Shown here piece after piece: positions 38,274-47,929 of a DNA stretch of 64,000 bases (its first letter is position 1; every line of letters starts with the position of its first letter). The stretch comes from Fimicolochytrium jonesii (lineage: Eukaryota): positions 310,001-374,000 of the forward strand of contig NW_026515672.1 in the NCBI RefSeq assembly GCF_025526975.1. Reading direction: 5' to 3'. Made by a program: the position numbers and the translations under genes. The notes beneath the pieces were generated by a model, which made no database searches, was not told the origin of the DNA, and worked only from the letters and a program-made list of their open reading frames with translations.

Positions 38274-40409
38274 CTATCCCATCCGCATCCTTTTTGGCTT
38301 GTAATCGTCGCGGCCAGCCGAAGCGGCGCCCAGAGGGAAGGGAGGCGGCGGCAAAGGCATGTCCCATTGTGACAACGGCATCATCGGCATCCCATTGATC
38401 TGCGGGCCAGGCATCATATGCATGGCCCCGCCCATCATGTTCATGGGAACGGGCGGCGTAGGGCCCACGGGCTGCATCCCACCGGCAAGGTATCGACCGT
38501 CAATGGTATCAAAGTAATTGCCGACGTTTTCTGGGCAGACGATCACTGCGTGATTGCCAAGGCACCGGAGGCATTGATGACGACGCTCGCAGGTCGGGCC
38601 ACTGTGGCAGTTTCGGGACGAGTTCCAGGTCAGGCAATACTCGATGCCGGGTTCCGAGGGCGGCGGGATGTCACAGTCGAGCCAGCGATGGTCACCGGCG
38701 GCGCAACGAAGGCATCGATGCTCGCGATGGCATTGCTGCCCACACTCTTCGTTGTTGAAGCGAAAGCAGCTGGTGCGTTTGTTATTGCACGCATGGAAAG
38801 GATGGTGCCCGCCGCATGCGACGCAAAGGTGGCGAAAGGTACAGCCTTGACTTCTGCACTCCGAGCGATTGTAGTCATAGCATATATTGCTGGGACCGGA
38901 TCCTTGTCGAGAGTGGCTGAACGGTCCGACCCGAGGGTCATACCCTGCCGGAGGCACGGTGCTCGGGCGACGTTCGACGCGAACGTCGCGGTCGTTGTCG
39001 GGCGACCTCGCGCGCTTATTAGGGATCGCCGCGGCGTGGGGTACTACGGCATGCTGCTTTTCGGCAGCACCGGCCAGCTCAGTTCGTGGAGGTTCCACCG
39101 AGGCTGGAGATGTGCGGGCGCGCTCCTCTGTGGAAGCGTCGCTCGTCTTGCGTAAAGGGATCCGTCTCGAGGCGGGAGTCACAGCCGATTGCTTCTCTTT
39201 CTGCGGAAGATGGCTGGCGGCCTTAGGGGCATCGACTGCGGGTGCCGACGGTGCAGAGACCGGTGTCTGATCCGGCTTCTCAAGGGGCTTCAAACGGTCC
39301 GGTCCGAAAGGTCGCTCCATCAGCAACTTTTCATAGGCCAAGGCGCTCTCGTACTCTTTGTCCGAAATTTCAACCCTAAGCTCGACGTACTTCCGGATGC
39401 CATTCATCTCATGGATTCCGCCTTGCTTACGAGCAAGTGCCGCTTCTTTTTTGTCAAGTTGTTCACGCAACACCTTGATATCTTCCTTCAACCTTTCAAT
39501 ATCCTTCTCGATCTCGGCCTTTTGTCGGTCGACGATAGCGAGCTCGCTTTCCTCACTCTTTCGATCATACCGCATTCGTCTCATAACCGCCCTGTGAGTC
39601 TCCAGTGCGACATCCACGATGGGGATCGGGCCGGGTTTCCATGACGACTTGTCGCCGTTGGGAAGGGTTAAGTGCGCTGGCTCTAAGCCTGGAGGGTATA
39701 TGGGGGAGGTGGCTGAAGGTTCCTTGGACTGGGTTTTTTGATTCGCCGCAAAAGGCACCGAGACGCAGGAAGATTCGCGTCGAGGAGACGATTGGGACTT
39801 GCCGGGCGAGACCGTGCTTGAGCTCCAGGGAGCAGAGGAGTCAATCGACGGACTGGTGGTTCGTTCGCGCGAAGCTCGGGCGTCACGGACGGAATGCTGA
39901 CGGCCACGTAACTCACGCGAAGCTGCTTGGTGGGGCACTTGGTCGCTTTCGGCAATATCGACATCCATTGGCTCAACTTTGATACGAAGGAGACCATCAT
40001 CGGTGCTCTTGGCTGCTGCTTCATGTGGAGTTACGAGCTCCTTCCGGATTGTAGGAACAATGGAGGTAGAATCAGCGGAAGCTGAAGATCCGGGAGAGGT
40101 GCGAGTACCGTTCTCCACGGCTTGCGCATAGGTCTTGCCACCGGCGGTAGTCTGCTTGCCTGCAGGATCGGTTTCATCACGCATGCGCGACACTTGGGCT
40201 CGCGCGCTCGCATTCAATCGTTCCAAGATGGCTCCAATCGTTTTCTCGTCCATTAAGTGGCCAGTGTGATTGAAGTCGGTCGGAGTGTACGCGCGTGATT
40301 TTGGTGAATAGCTGGGGGTTATGGGTTCGCACGAACCTTGGCCTTCCAGTTGGGCACCTGGCTGGTTGGCTTCCAAGACAGCAGGTGCTTGACGGATTGT
40401 GTCAGTCAT
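38274..40409 (-). CDS. Coiled-coil protein with three tandem CCCH-CCHC zinc-finger units and a Pro/Met-rich tail
   Basis: Intronless 711-aa ORF with a central coiled coil. Repeats 'CYDYNRSECRSQGCTFRHLCVACGGHHPFHAC', 'CFRFNNEECGQQCHREHRCLRCAAGDHRWLDC', 'CLTWNSSRNCHSGPTCERRHQCLRCLGNHAVIVC'. Confidence 0.85.
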   Translation of the reverse strand: MTDTIRQAPAVLEANQPGAQLEGQGSCEPITPSYSPKSRAYTPTDFNHTGHLMDEKTIGAILERLNASARAQVSRMRDETDPAGKQTTAGGKTYAQAVENGTRTSPGSSASADSTSIVPTIRKELVTPHEAAAKSTDDGLLRIKVEPMDVDIAESDQVPHQAASRELRGRQHSVRDARASRERTTSPSIDSSAPWSSSTVSPGKSQSSPRRESSCVSVPFAANQKTQSKEPSATSPIYPPGLEPAHLTLPNGDKSSWKPGPIPIVDVALETHRAVMRRMRYDRKSEESELAIVDRQKAEIEKDIERLKEDIKVLREQLDKKEAALARKQGGIHEMNGIRKYVELRVEISDKEYESALAYEKLLMERPFGPDRLKPLEKPDQTPVSAPSAPAVDAPKAASHLPQKEKQSAVTPASRRIPLRKTSDASTEERARTSPASVEPPRTELAGAAEKQHAVVPHAAAIPNKRARSPDNDRDVRVERRPSTVPPAGYDPRVGPFSHSRQGSGPSNICYDYNRSECRSQGCTFRHLCVACGGHHPFHACNNKRTSCFRFNNEECGQQCHREHRCLRCAAGDHRWLDCDIPPPSEPGIEYCLTWNSSRNCHSGPTCERRHQCLRCLGNHAVIVCPENVGNYFDTIDGRYLAGGMQPVGPTPPVPMNMMGGAMHMMPGPQINGMPMMPLSQWDMPLPPPPFPLGAASAGRDDYKPKRMRMG

Positions 40410-41426
40410 GACTGAAGAGTAACAAAAATCTGAACCGAGGAAAGGGCTCTGTCTCTACGAGAAACAGTGTCCCACAGCGCAAGAAACGACACTGCGTGGT
40501 TTCTCAAAGTTTCACAGTAATTTCGTCTTGAAGCCGCCGGCCGTTCTCGTTTCGCTACTGCATGAGGACAGTTTACCTGTGAGTGTCAAGCGGACTCTCG
40601 GAAAAAGTAACAACTTGCAAACAAAACTCACACTGCGAAATACTCACACTCGCCGAAGTGAATATGCCGAATTTTTGCCTCTTCTTCGACAGAGGTGGAT
40701 TTGAAATACTTTCGGGTTCGCAAGCGATAGGTCGGTAACCTGGATGTCGGCAACTGTTGTTCTCAGTAGTACTCCGCTCGTTTGCGATAGAAAGTTGGAG
40801 TGTTCTGAAGGCAAGTAAAGTCGATGGGGATTGCGCCTCTTACGACAGCGAGTAGATTGCCATTGTTTACAGTCCGAGCCGCTACTTGGGTATAAGCGCA
40901 ACCTTGTTTGCGTTTGCTTACGGCTGGCTGGGTTCGGAGGGATTGATGGAAGGTTGTAAGGAAACTTGATAACTTGACAAGCGGGACTCGAGAGACTTGC
41001 GCTTGCCTACTGTAATTGACACTTTCTTCAGCGAGTTTGACGGGCATTCCCTCGCTCCACTGATTAGCGCTCTGATTGGCAAACGAGCCCAGTTCTAACC
41101 TGCGATGATCAGGATCCGTTCAATGTGCGCTCAGAAACGGCTAAAGACCTGGGTGTGTCACGGTGAGCAATTCGCGGCAGTCATGTCAGGCGCACGTCCC
41201 GAGAGCTTGCTACCCCTCAAAAACTCCATATCAAACTGGCAAACCAACCCAAGTCTCACCAGACTATTGTCAACCATTACAAACACTTCCCATCGGGGTG
41301 CTATACTTCTTCGTCCGTACGTCTCCTCCTCCTCTTTAAACGAGATCATCCCGTTTCTCTTTCGTCGCTCAATCGTCCAGCGATCATCACCTTCATATCA
41401 CGACTGAGACGTGTTCGTTCCCCACG

Positions 41427-43072
41427 ATGAACATCGGCCGAAAGTCGAACAACGAGCTCTTGTTCATCAACTTCAACCAGGATTTCAGGTACGGGAAAGC
41501 TCTCACGGCGGCGGATTATTCCCATTTCATCTTGGTTCGTCTCCCTGTGGAAGACGTCTGACTCGTTCGGTGCTGACGGCCCGGTCTCTCTTCGCTTTAC
41601 TAGTTGTGTGTCGGTTGGTACCCGTCATGGGTACAGAATCTATAACTGTGATCCGATAGGAAAATGCTATGGGCAAAGTATGTGGTAGTCGGTGACAATC
41701 CAGAGCTCGTACGGGACATGGCGATGGGACCTAACACCTCCTCTCGACATTATGTCTCTCCAGCTCAGGGTGGAATAGGGATCGTAGAAATGTTGTTTTG
41801 CACCAGTCTAGTAGCGCTGGTGGGCGCAGGGGAGCAACCGGCGTTCTCCCCTCGTCGTTTGCACATCACAAACACTAAGGTGGGTGAGTTCATCGCATCG
41901 TTTCCAAAACAAGGTACCATGTTAGCTCACTTTATCGGTCCGACGTACTTCTAGCGACAATCAACGATATGCGAGCTGACATTCGTCACCGCAATACTGG
42001 CCGTCAAGCTGAACCGGAAACGTCTGGTGGTTATTCTGGAAGAGCACATCTACATATACGACATCAGCAATATGAGGTTGCTTAGGACGATAGATACCAG
42101 CCCGAATCCCAATGGTGGGTGGTGGGCACGTCTTTCGGCAGATATGGACTGAGCTGACGGCAAAACATGTTTTTCAAGCTCTCTGCGCCTTGTCGCCATC
42201 ATCTGATAACTGCTATCTCGCATACCCACCAAACGCATCGGGAGCAGCCGGCGAGCTTCTGCTATTCGACGCCATAAATCTGCAAGCCATTCATATCTTG
42301 CAAGCTCATAAAAGTCCTCTGAGCTGCATTGCCTTCAACTACGATGGAACAATGGTGGCAACGGCCAGCGATAAGGTGAGGAGTTCATGTGTCAAACACC
42401 AAAGAGTGCGAAATGGAGAACTGACGCTATACGATACGTCAGGGAACAATAATCCGAGTCTTTTCGGTGCCGACAGGAGACAAAGTCTTCCAATTTCGTC
42501 GCGGGACCTACCCTGCCCGTATCTACTCGATATCGTTCAACCTCGAAGCGACTCTGCTATGTGTGTCAAGTGCGACGGATACGGTGCATGTGTTCAAACT
42601 GATCACGGAGCAAGAACAGGCGGCCGCTGCCGAGGCAAAACAACGAAGAAGCAGTGGGTCGGGTTCGGGTTCGAGGAAGAATAGCGTTATTAATTCATTG
42701 TGAGTAAGCAATGTGACGCAAATCCATAGCACAGTCACTGACAAATCTTCTGATTGCAGAAAATCCCCCTTAGTCAGTGCCGCCGGCTCAGTCGGCTCCT
42801 ACTTCCTCCCCGACATGCTGACCGAAATGTGGGAACCATCACGCGACTTCTGTTTCGCCAAACTTCCCTCAGGCAGCAAAGGGTCGCCCAACATCTGCGC
42901 CATCAGCAGCTTAACGCCTGCGACCCTGGCGGTGGTGACCGCCGAGGGGTGGTTTTACCAGTATGCGGTGGACCTGGAGAACGGCGGCGAGTGTAATCTG
43001 GTGAAGGAGTTTCCGATTTTAGAGAATGAGGCGGGGCAAGCTGGGCCTGCGAATACCGAGGGAAGTGCATAG
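41427..43072 (+). CDS. ATG18: Autophagy-related protein 18 / WIPI PROPPIN, multi-exon
   Basis: 'LLFINFNQD', '[15 protein letters not shown]', 'SPRRL', 'AHKSPL', 'ATASDKGTIIRVF' and the PI3P-binding 'FRRG' motif. Confidence 0.96.
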
Positions 43073-43675
43073 CAGTCGCTAGCCTACCCATCGTGTTGAG
43101 TTTAGGCTGGGAGAATTCTGGAGCGACAGCCACTGGTTTGGCGAAAAGCAAGTGTTTTGGAATATAGGGTTTATGTACATACTTTTTTGTAGCTTTTCTC
43201 TTTGAGTTATCGTCGAGGGGCGCATCTACGTAGTTTCCAGAATAATCAATTGTGATGAATCTGAAGGGTCGGGATTGCGTACGCCTATTGGCATTTCGCT
43301 ATTTCGAGACGGGTATTCACATCGCACTTAATTGAAGCCCAGCTCACTCGGGACACACTCGTGAAACGTTACCAAAAAACTGTGCTGAAGCGAGGGCAGC
43401 CACAGTTTTTACGCCCGATAGAGAAACCCTTCTGCTCTTTAACCTGTCCGCATCAGCGCTTCCGGCCCCTCCTGATCATCCTCCCTAAATCCACTCGATC
43501 ACAGATATCCCTGTACATTTCCAGCTCTGCGGTCTGCGTCCGATAGTTGTCCTCTCACAACCATCTGCCACCAGCGCATCCGATCCGCATCGAAGAGTCC
43601 CCAGGCCCAAAAAAGTTACTCCCAATCCCTAGTCGCCCTGTCCAGCTGGATCCCTAGGAAGACATTTTGTTCTGC

Positions 43676-44360
43676 TCATAACCACTTCCGCGCTAACGCC
43701 TTCACCTTCGCGTCGAACATTGGGGATGTGATGGGCGCGTTTATTTCGGTGAATGGGTTCAACAAGGTCTGGTGACGGGTATAGATGAGTCGGCCGATTC
43801 GGTGGCACAGGCGGTCGATACTGAAAACCCTGACCTACCTTGATATACAGCTCATGCGTGTCCTGGAAGAAATTCCGGATACCGTCGATGTTTGATGTTT
43901 CGTGGAGGAGCATGAACTTTGCGCCTGTGAGAGGGTTTTGTTAGTGGTGTTTCGAGCGAACAACTTCAACCAAGAGACACATACCGCTCGCTGTCACGTA
44001 TGCCGAGATGTACCACTCGTTGAACTTGTCTACTATCTTTAAGTACCTGCAACCGATATGCAAGACGGTCAGACTCCCGAGTCCACTTTCTAGAAATCGC
44101 CCTACCACACACCCATTGAACCCGCCACATTTCATCCGCAACCATCCCCAAACTCACATAGAAGTCGACCCCCACATCAGCTCCTCCACAACATCCAGCG
44201 CCGCGTGTACAATGAACTGGTTCAAATGCTTATGCTCCTCCTTCCTGTTCTGGCCGCCCTGGGCATCTCCGGCTGTGTTGCGCGTCTGGGGCCCCCACTC
44301 GGCTTCGTAGAGGGGGTTGTCGCGTGTGCCGACGAGGGCGAAGTAGGAGTTTGAGGACAT
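43676..44360 (-). CDS. TRS20: TRAPP complex subunit Trs20 / sedlin (TRAPPC2), 4 exons
   Basis: 'YFALVGTRDNPLYE', 'HLNQFIVHAALDVVEE', 'YLKIVDKFNEWYISAYVTA', 'LLNPF..I.SP.FD.KV..LARK'. Confidence 0.95.
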
Positions 44361-44589
44361 GCGGTGGTTGGTTGAGGTGGCAGGGGACTTCAAGAGGCTT
44401 GGCGAGGTCGTCGTATGCTTCAGTGACTTTGAAGATGGCGGAACCGCAGGGGAGGAACTGGGAGGAAGTGCCTTCACCTCCTTCACTGTTCAGTCACTAG
44501 TGCCAGCGTGAGGCTTGCTTCTCATTTCGCACTTTTCGCTGCTTCTCAATTGCGCCGCGAGAACCACCCATCGTGCCCTGCAAACTCAT

Positions 44590-45810
44590 ATGGTGGGGGC
44601 CATATTCCCACGGCAAGCTTCCGCTCACTTCCTCCGTCTTACGACCACCGCTGCGAAGCCAACAACTCGGGCCTCTCGGTCGTCTCCGTTCTCACACGTC
44701 ACTTCTGCACGAGACAACAGGTTCATGGCGTCCGTCACTCACGATACCGCCGCGGCCGTCAAGCTGGCCGACGAGCTCGTTGCCGAAGGTTAGTGTGAAT
44801 AAGGAGAAAGCGTGCTCGGGAAAGGTGAATGTGCATCGCGGAGGTTTGTGTATAACGTGCTCCGCCCTACTGTTTTTCTCATAGCAAAGCGCAAAGCATC
44901 GTACGCTGCAATCGACGAGCATGTCAATGCTAGCACTCGGGTTATTGGCATAGGTAGGACATATCTTGAGGAAATTTACGAAAACGGCCACTCGCTCACT
45001 TCGTGCCCAAGGATCTGGCAGCACCGTCGTCTTCTGCGTCGACCGGCTCCGGGAACGTTATACCTCCGAGTCCCTCCCTCTTCTCGCCTGCATCCCCACC
45101 TCCTTCCAATCAAGGCAACTGATCATTGAAGCCGGTCTCCCGCTGTCGGAACTCAACCAGTTCCCAGAGATTGACGTCGCGTTTGATGGCGCGGATGAGG
45201 TGGATGCGGCGTTGAACTGCATAAAGGGCGGTGGCGCGTGCCAGCTGCAGGAGAAGTTGGTAGCTAATGCTGCCAGGAAGTTTGTGGTGGTGGCGGATTA
45301 CAGGAAGGATTCGAGGGTGTTGGGGACGCAGGTTTGTCATCTAGTCCCGTTCTTGGCGCCAAACTCTACCCGGGCATGAGAGCAGACCGTTGATGCCGGA
45401 TGACTTCCCCATCGCAGTGGAAGTTGGGAGTCCCCCTCGAAGTGATCCCAATGGCCTACGTGCCAATCCTCGCCAAGCTCAAATCCCTCGGCGGAAAGCC
45501 AACGCTCCGTATGGCGATGCGGAAAGCCGGGCCGGTGGTCACCGACAATGGGAACTTTGTGATTGACGCGGAATTCGGAGAAATCACGGATCCAGTTAAG
45601 CTGGAGCGGGAGCTGATCACGATACCGGGGATTGTGGAGACGGGGCTGTTCTGTGGGATGGCAAAATGGGCGTATTTCGGGGGTCAGGATGGGTAAGTTG
45701 GTCTCTCATTGCGCTTTGGCGGTCGCTGGTTGACGACGGTGAGCTGGGTCGGGTTCCTCCCAACTGATAGACGATTCATCTGTAGGAAAGTGATCACGCG
45801 CAAAGTTTGA
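44590..45810 (+). CDS. RKI1: Ribose-5-phosphate isomerase A (alternative starts at 44590 and 44725)
   Basis: 'IGIGSGSTV', 'IPTSFQS', '[11 protein letters not shown]', '[10 protein letters not shown]', '[12 protein letters not shown]', '[10 protein letters not shown]'. Confidence 0.96.
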
Positions 45811-45951
45811 AGAATAATGAGAAGAGGCATGATGCGTATGTAGAGAGATAGCATTTTTCAAATAGCAGTGAGATTTCAACAGATGTACAGGAAACATCTT
45901 ACGCCGTATGGAACTCAACCAACTCTATCTACGTCTACGGAGAGAAGAGGT

Positions 45952-47502
45952 TTACAGCACTTGCACCAAAGCCCCTGCGCGAATCGCATCTTCGTCTAGT
46001 TTGGACAATGCATCATGCAAAGAGACCTTGAAGCTGCCCGGTCCATCAACCTTTCCACTCTTCACCGCATTCTGTGCAGCTAAGCCCATGCACACCAAAC
46101 CGCCAACAGCCGAGACCAATGGGGTAGCTTTCACGCCAGCAAAGCACGCCACGAGAGTCGATGTCGAGCAACCTGTTCCGGTCAGTGTGCCCAACCACTC
46201 GTTCCCGTTGAACACCTTCACGACCTTGGTACCGTCCGAGATGTTGTCCACAGGCCCAGACATGGCCACACATGTGCCCTGTAGCCGCGACGCCAGTTGC
46301 GAAACGAGCTTCTCCGGCTCGCTAACAAACCCAACGCTTTCCACACCACGCATCTCGATGCCCTCCAGCCCCGCAATTGCGCCGATTTCTCCCGCGTTAC
46401 CTTTCACAACTGTCATCTTCACCTTCTCTATCAGGTCCAAACACGTTTGTTTACGGAAAGGCGTCGCCCCTGCGCCCACAGGGTCGAGGATGACGGGGAC
46501 GTTCAGCTCATTGGCTTTGGAACCTGCGATGTGCATTGCTTCGATCCATTGCGGGGACAGGGTGCCGATATTGATGACCAAAGCCTGGGAAACGGCGGTG
46601 ATATCGGCGACTTCGTTGGTGGCATGGGCCATGACCGGCAGACCGCCGAGTTGGAGGATGGTGTTGGCCGTGTCGTTCATGACGACGTAGTTGGTAATAT
46701 TGTGGATAAGGGGTTTGTTGGATTTGATGAGGCGGAAGGCGGATATGACATCGTCTACTAGCGATGTGGCGGCGGGATCCCTGATCAAAGATGTTCCCAC
46801 GGACAATGTTGTTGATGCGGATATCGCTGAGCGGACTTTGGCAGCCAATTCGGCAGCTGCCCCTTTGGGATCTGTCTGCGAAATGATCGCAGATACGACC
46901 GCAACCCCTTGCAACGTCGTCTGCGGTCCCTTATCGTCCGCCGGCACAACCGTACTCTTCAGAATCTCCTCCACGTTCCCCTTGTTGATGCCCCCAATCG
47001 TACACACCGGGATATGGAATGGCCTCACAGTCCTCAGAATCTCCTTCACCCCCTCGAATCCCAGCGGCGCAAACCCCGTTGGGTGCTTTTTGGTGTTTGT
47101 GGGGAAAATCGCAGCCGTGCCGATATAATCCGCCCCTTCACTGACCGCAATCAATGCCTGTTGCGGTGTCTCCACCGTCGCCCCAATGATTTTCCCCGGC
47201 CCAAGAATGCGCCTCGCTATCGATAAAGGCATATCACCCTGTCCAATATGAATCCCATCCGCTTCCACAGCCAGGGCGACATCCAGCCGGTCGTTGATGA
47301 GGAGTGGGACATTTGCAGCGCGGCAGATTTGGAGGAGTCGACGGGCGACGGCGACGAAGGCTTTTGTGTCGAGTTTCTTTTCGCGCAGTTGGACGAGGGT
47401 AACGCCGCCGGCGATGGCTTGCTGGACGACTTCGATGAGGTCGCGGCCGGCGAGGAGGTCTTGGTCGGTGACTAGGTAGAGGCTCAAGTCGAAGGACGGC
47501 AT
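45952..47502 (-). CDS. THI6: Bifunctional thiamine-phosphate synthase (ThiE) / hydroxyethylthiazole kinase (ThiM)
   Basis: 'DLSLYLVTD', 'VQLREK', 'INDRLDVALA..ADGIHIGQGD' (ThiE) fused to 'PLIHNITNYVVMN', 'LDPVGAGAT', 'KGNAGEI', 'TGTGC' (ThiM). Coding region intronless, ATG at 47502. Confidence 0.96.
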   Translation of the reverse strand: MPSFDLSLYLVTDQDLLAGRDLIEVVQQAIAGGVTLVQLREKKLDTKAFVAVARRLLQICRAANVPLLINDRLDVALAVEADGIHIGQGDMPLSIARRILGPGKIIGATVETPQQALIAVSEGADYIGTAAIFPTNTKKHPTGFAPLGFEGVKEILRTVRPFHIPVCTIGGINKGNVEEILKSTVVPADDKGPQTTLQGVAVVSAIISQTDPKGAAAELAAKVRSAISASTTLSVGTSLIRDPAATSLVDDVISAFRLIKSNKPLIHNITNYVVMNDTANTILQLGGLPVMAHATNEVADITAVSQALVINIGTLSPQWIEAMHIAGSKANELNVPVILDPVGAGATPFRKQTCLDLIEKVKMTVVKGNAGEIGAIAGLEGIEMRGVESVGFVSEPEKLVSQLASRLQGTCVAMSGPVDNISDGTKVVKVFNGNEWLGTLTGTGCSTSTLVACFAGVKATPLVSAVGGLVCMGLAAQNAVKSGKVDGPGSFKVSLHDALSKLDEDAIRAGALVQVL

Positions 47503-47510
47503 CTTCAGAG

Positions 47511-47632
47511 CTGAGGTAAGACGACGAGACAAGTTGGGAAGGGAACAAGGAGTCAAGGACCCTTGTGTTGTGAGATGGTCTGGGTGTTGTTGGTGTGCTG
47601 AGGCAGAGCAGGGCTGGCGAAAAAGGACTTAC
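47511..47632 (-). other. Putative 5'-leader intron of THI6
   Basis: Minus-strand GTAAGT donor at 47632, pyrimidine-rich body, CAG acceptor ending at 47511, 8 nt before the THI6 ATG. Confidence 0.65.
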
Positions 47633-47651
47633 CGTCTCTCTCCTGGGCCCC

Positions 47652-47803
47652 TGTAAGAGAAAGCTCAATGAGGTATATTGTCAACGTCTCAAGCTCTATT
47701 ATGGATGAAGACTAAAAAGGGGAAAAGGACCAGCGTACTCCGACAAGTAGGGAAGAAAACAATAAACTAGAGTGGGGTCACGTGGACGCATGCTTCTCTC
47801 ACA
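47652..47803 (-). repeat. 3' LTR (152 bp)
   Basis: Identical to 53782-53933; preceded on the minus strand by the polypurine tract. Confidence 0.97.
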
Positions 47804-47811
47804 CCCCCCCT
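47804..47811 (-). promoter_or_regulatory. Polypurine tract
   Basis: AGGGGGGG immediately 5' of the 3' LTR on the minus strand. Confidence 0.8.
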
Positions 47812-47929
47812 AAAACTCGAAGAGTTTTACAGAGAAGCATAGAGGATGGGGTTGGGAATGGGGAAGTCGGTGGTGACGGTGGTGATGCCTAAACTTCCGA
47901 GGAAGTGGGGACGGCAGAGGACCGGTGTC

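Noticed and set aside
1..43072. ATG9 and ATG18 in the same window as an autophagy cluster
   Set aside because: They are ~39 kb apart and separated by many unrelated genes; chance is sufficient.
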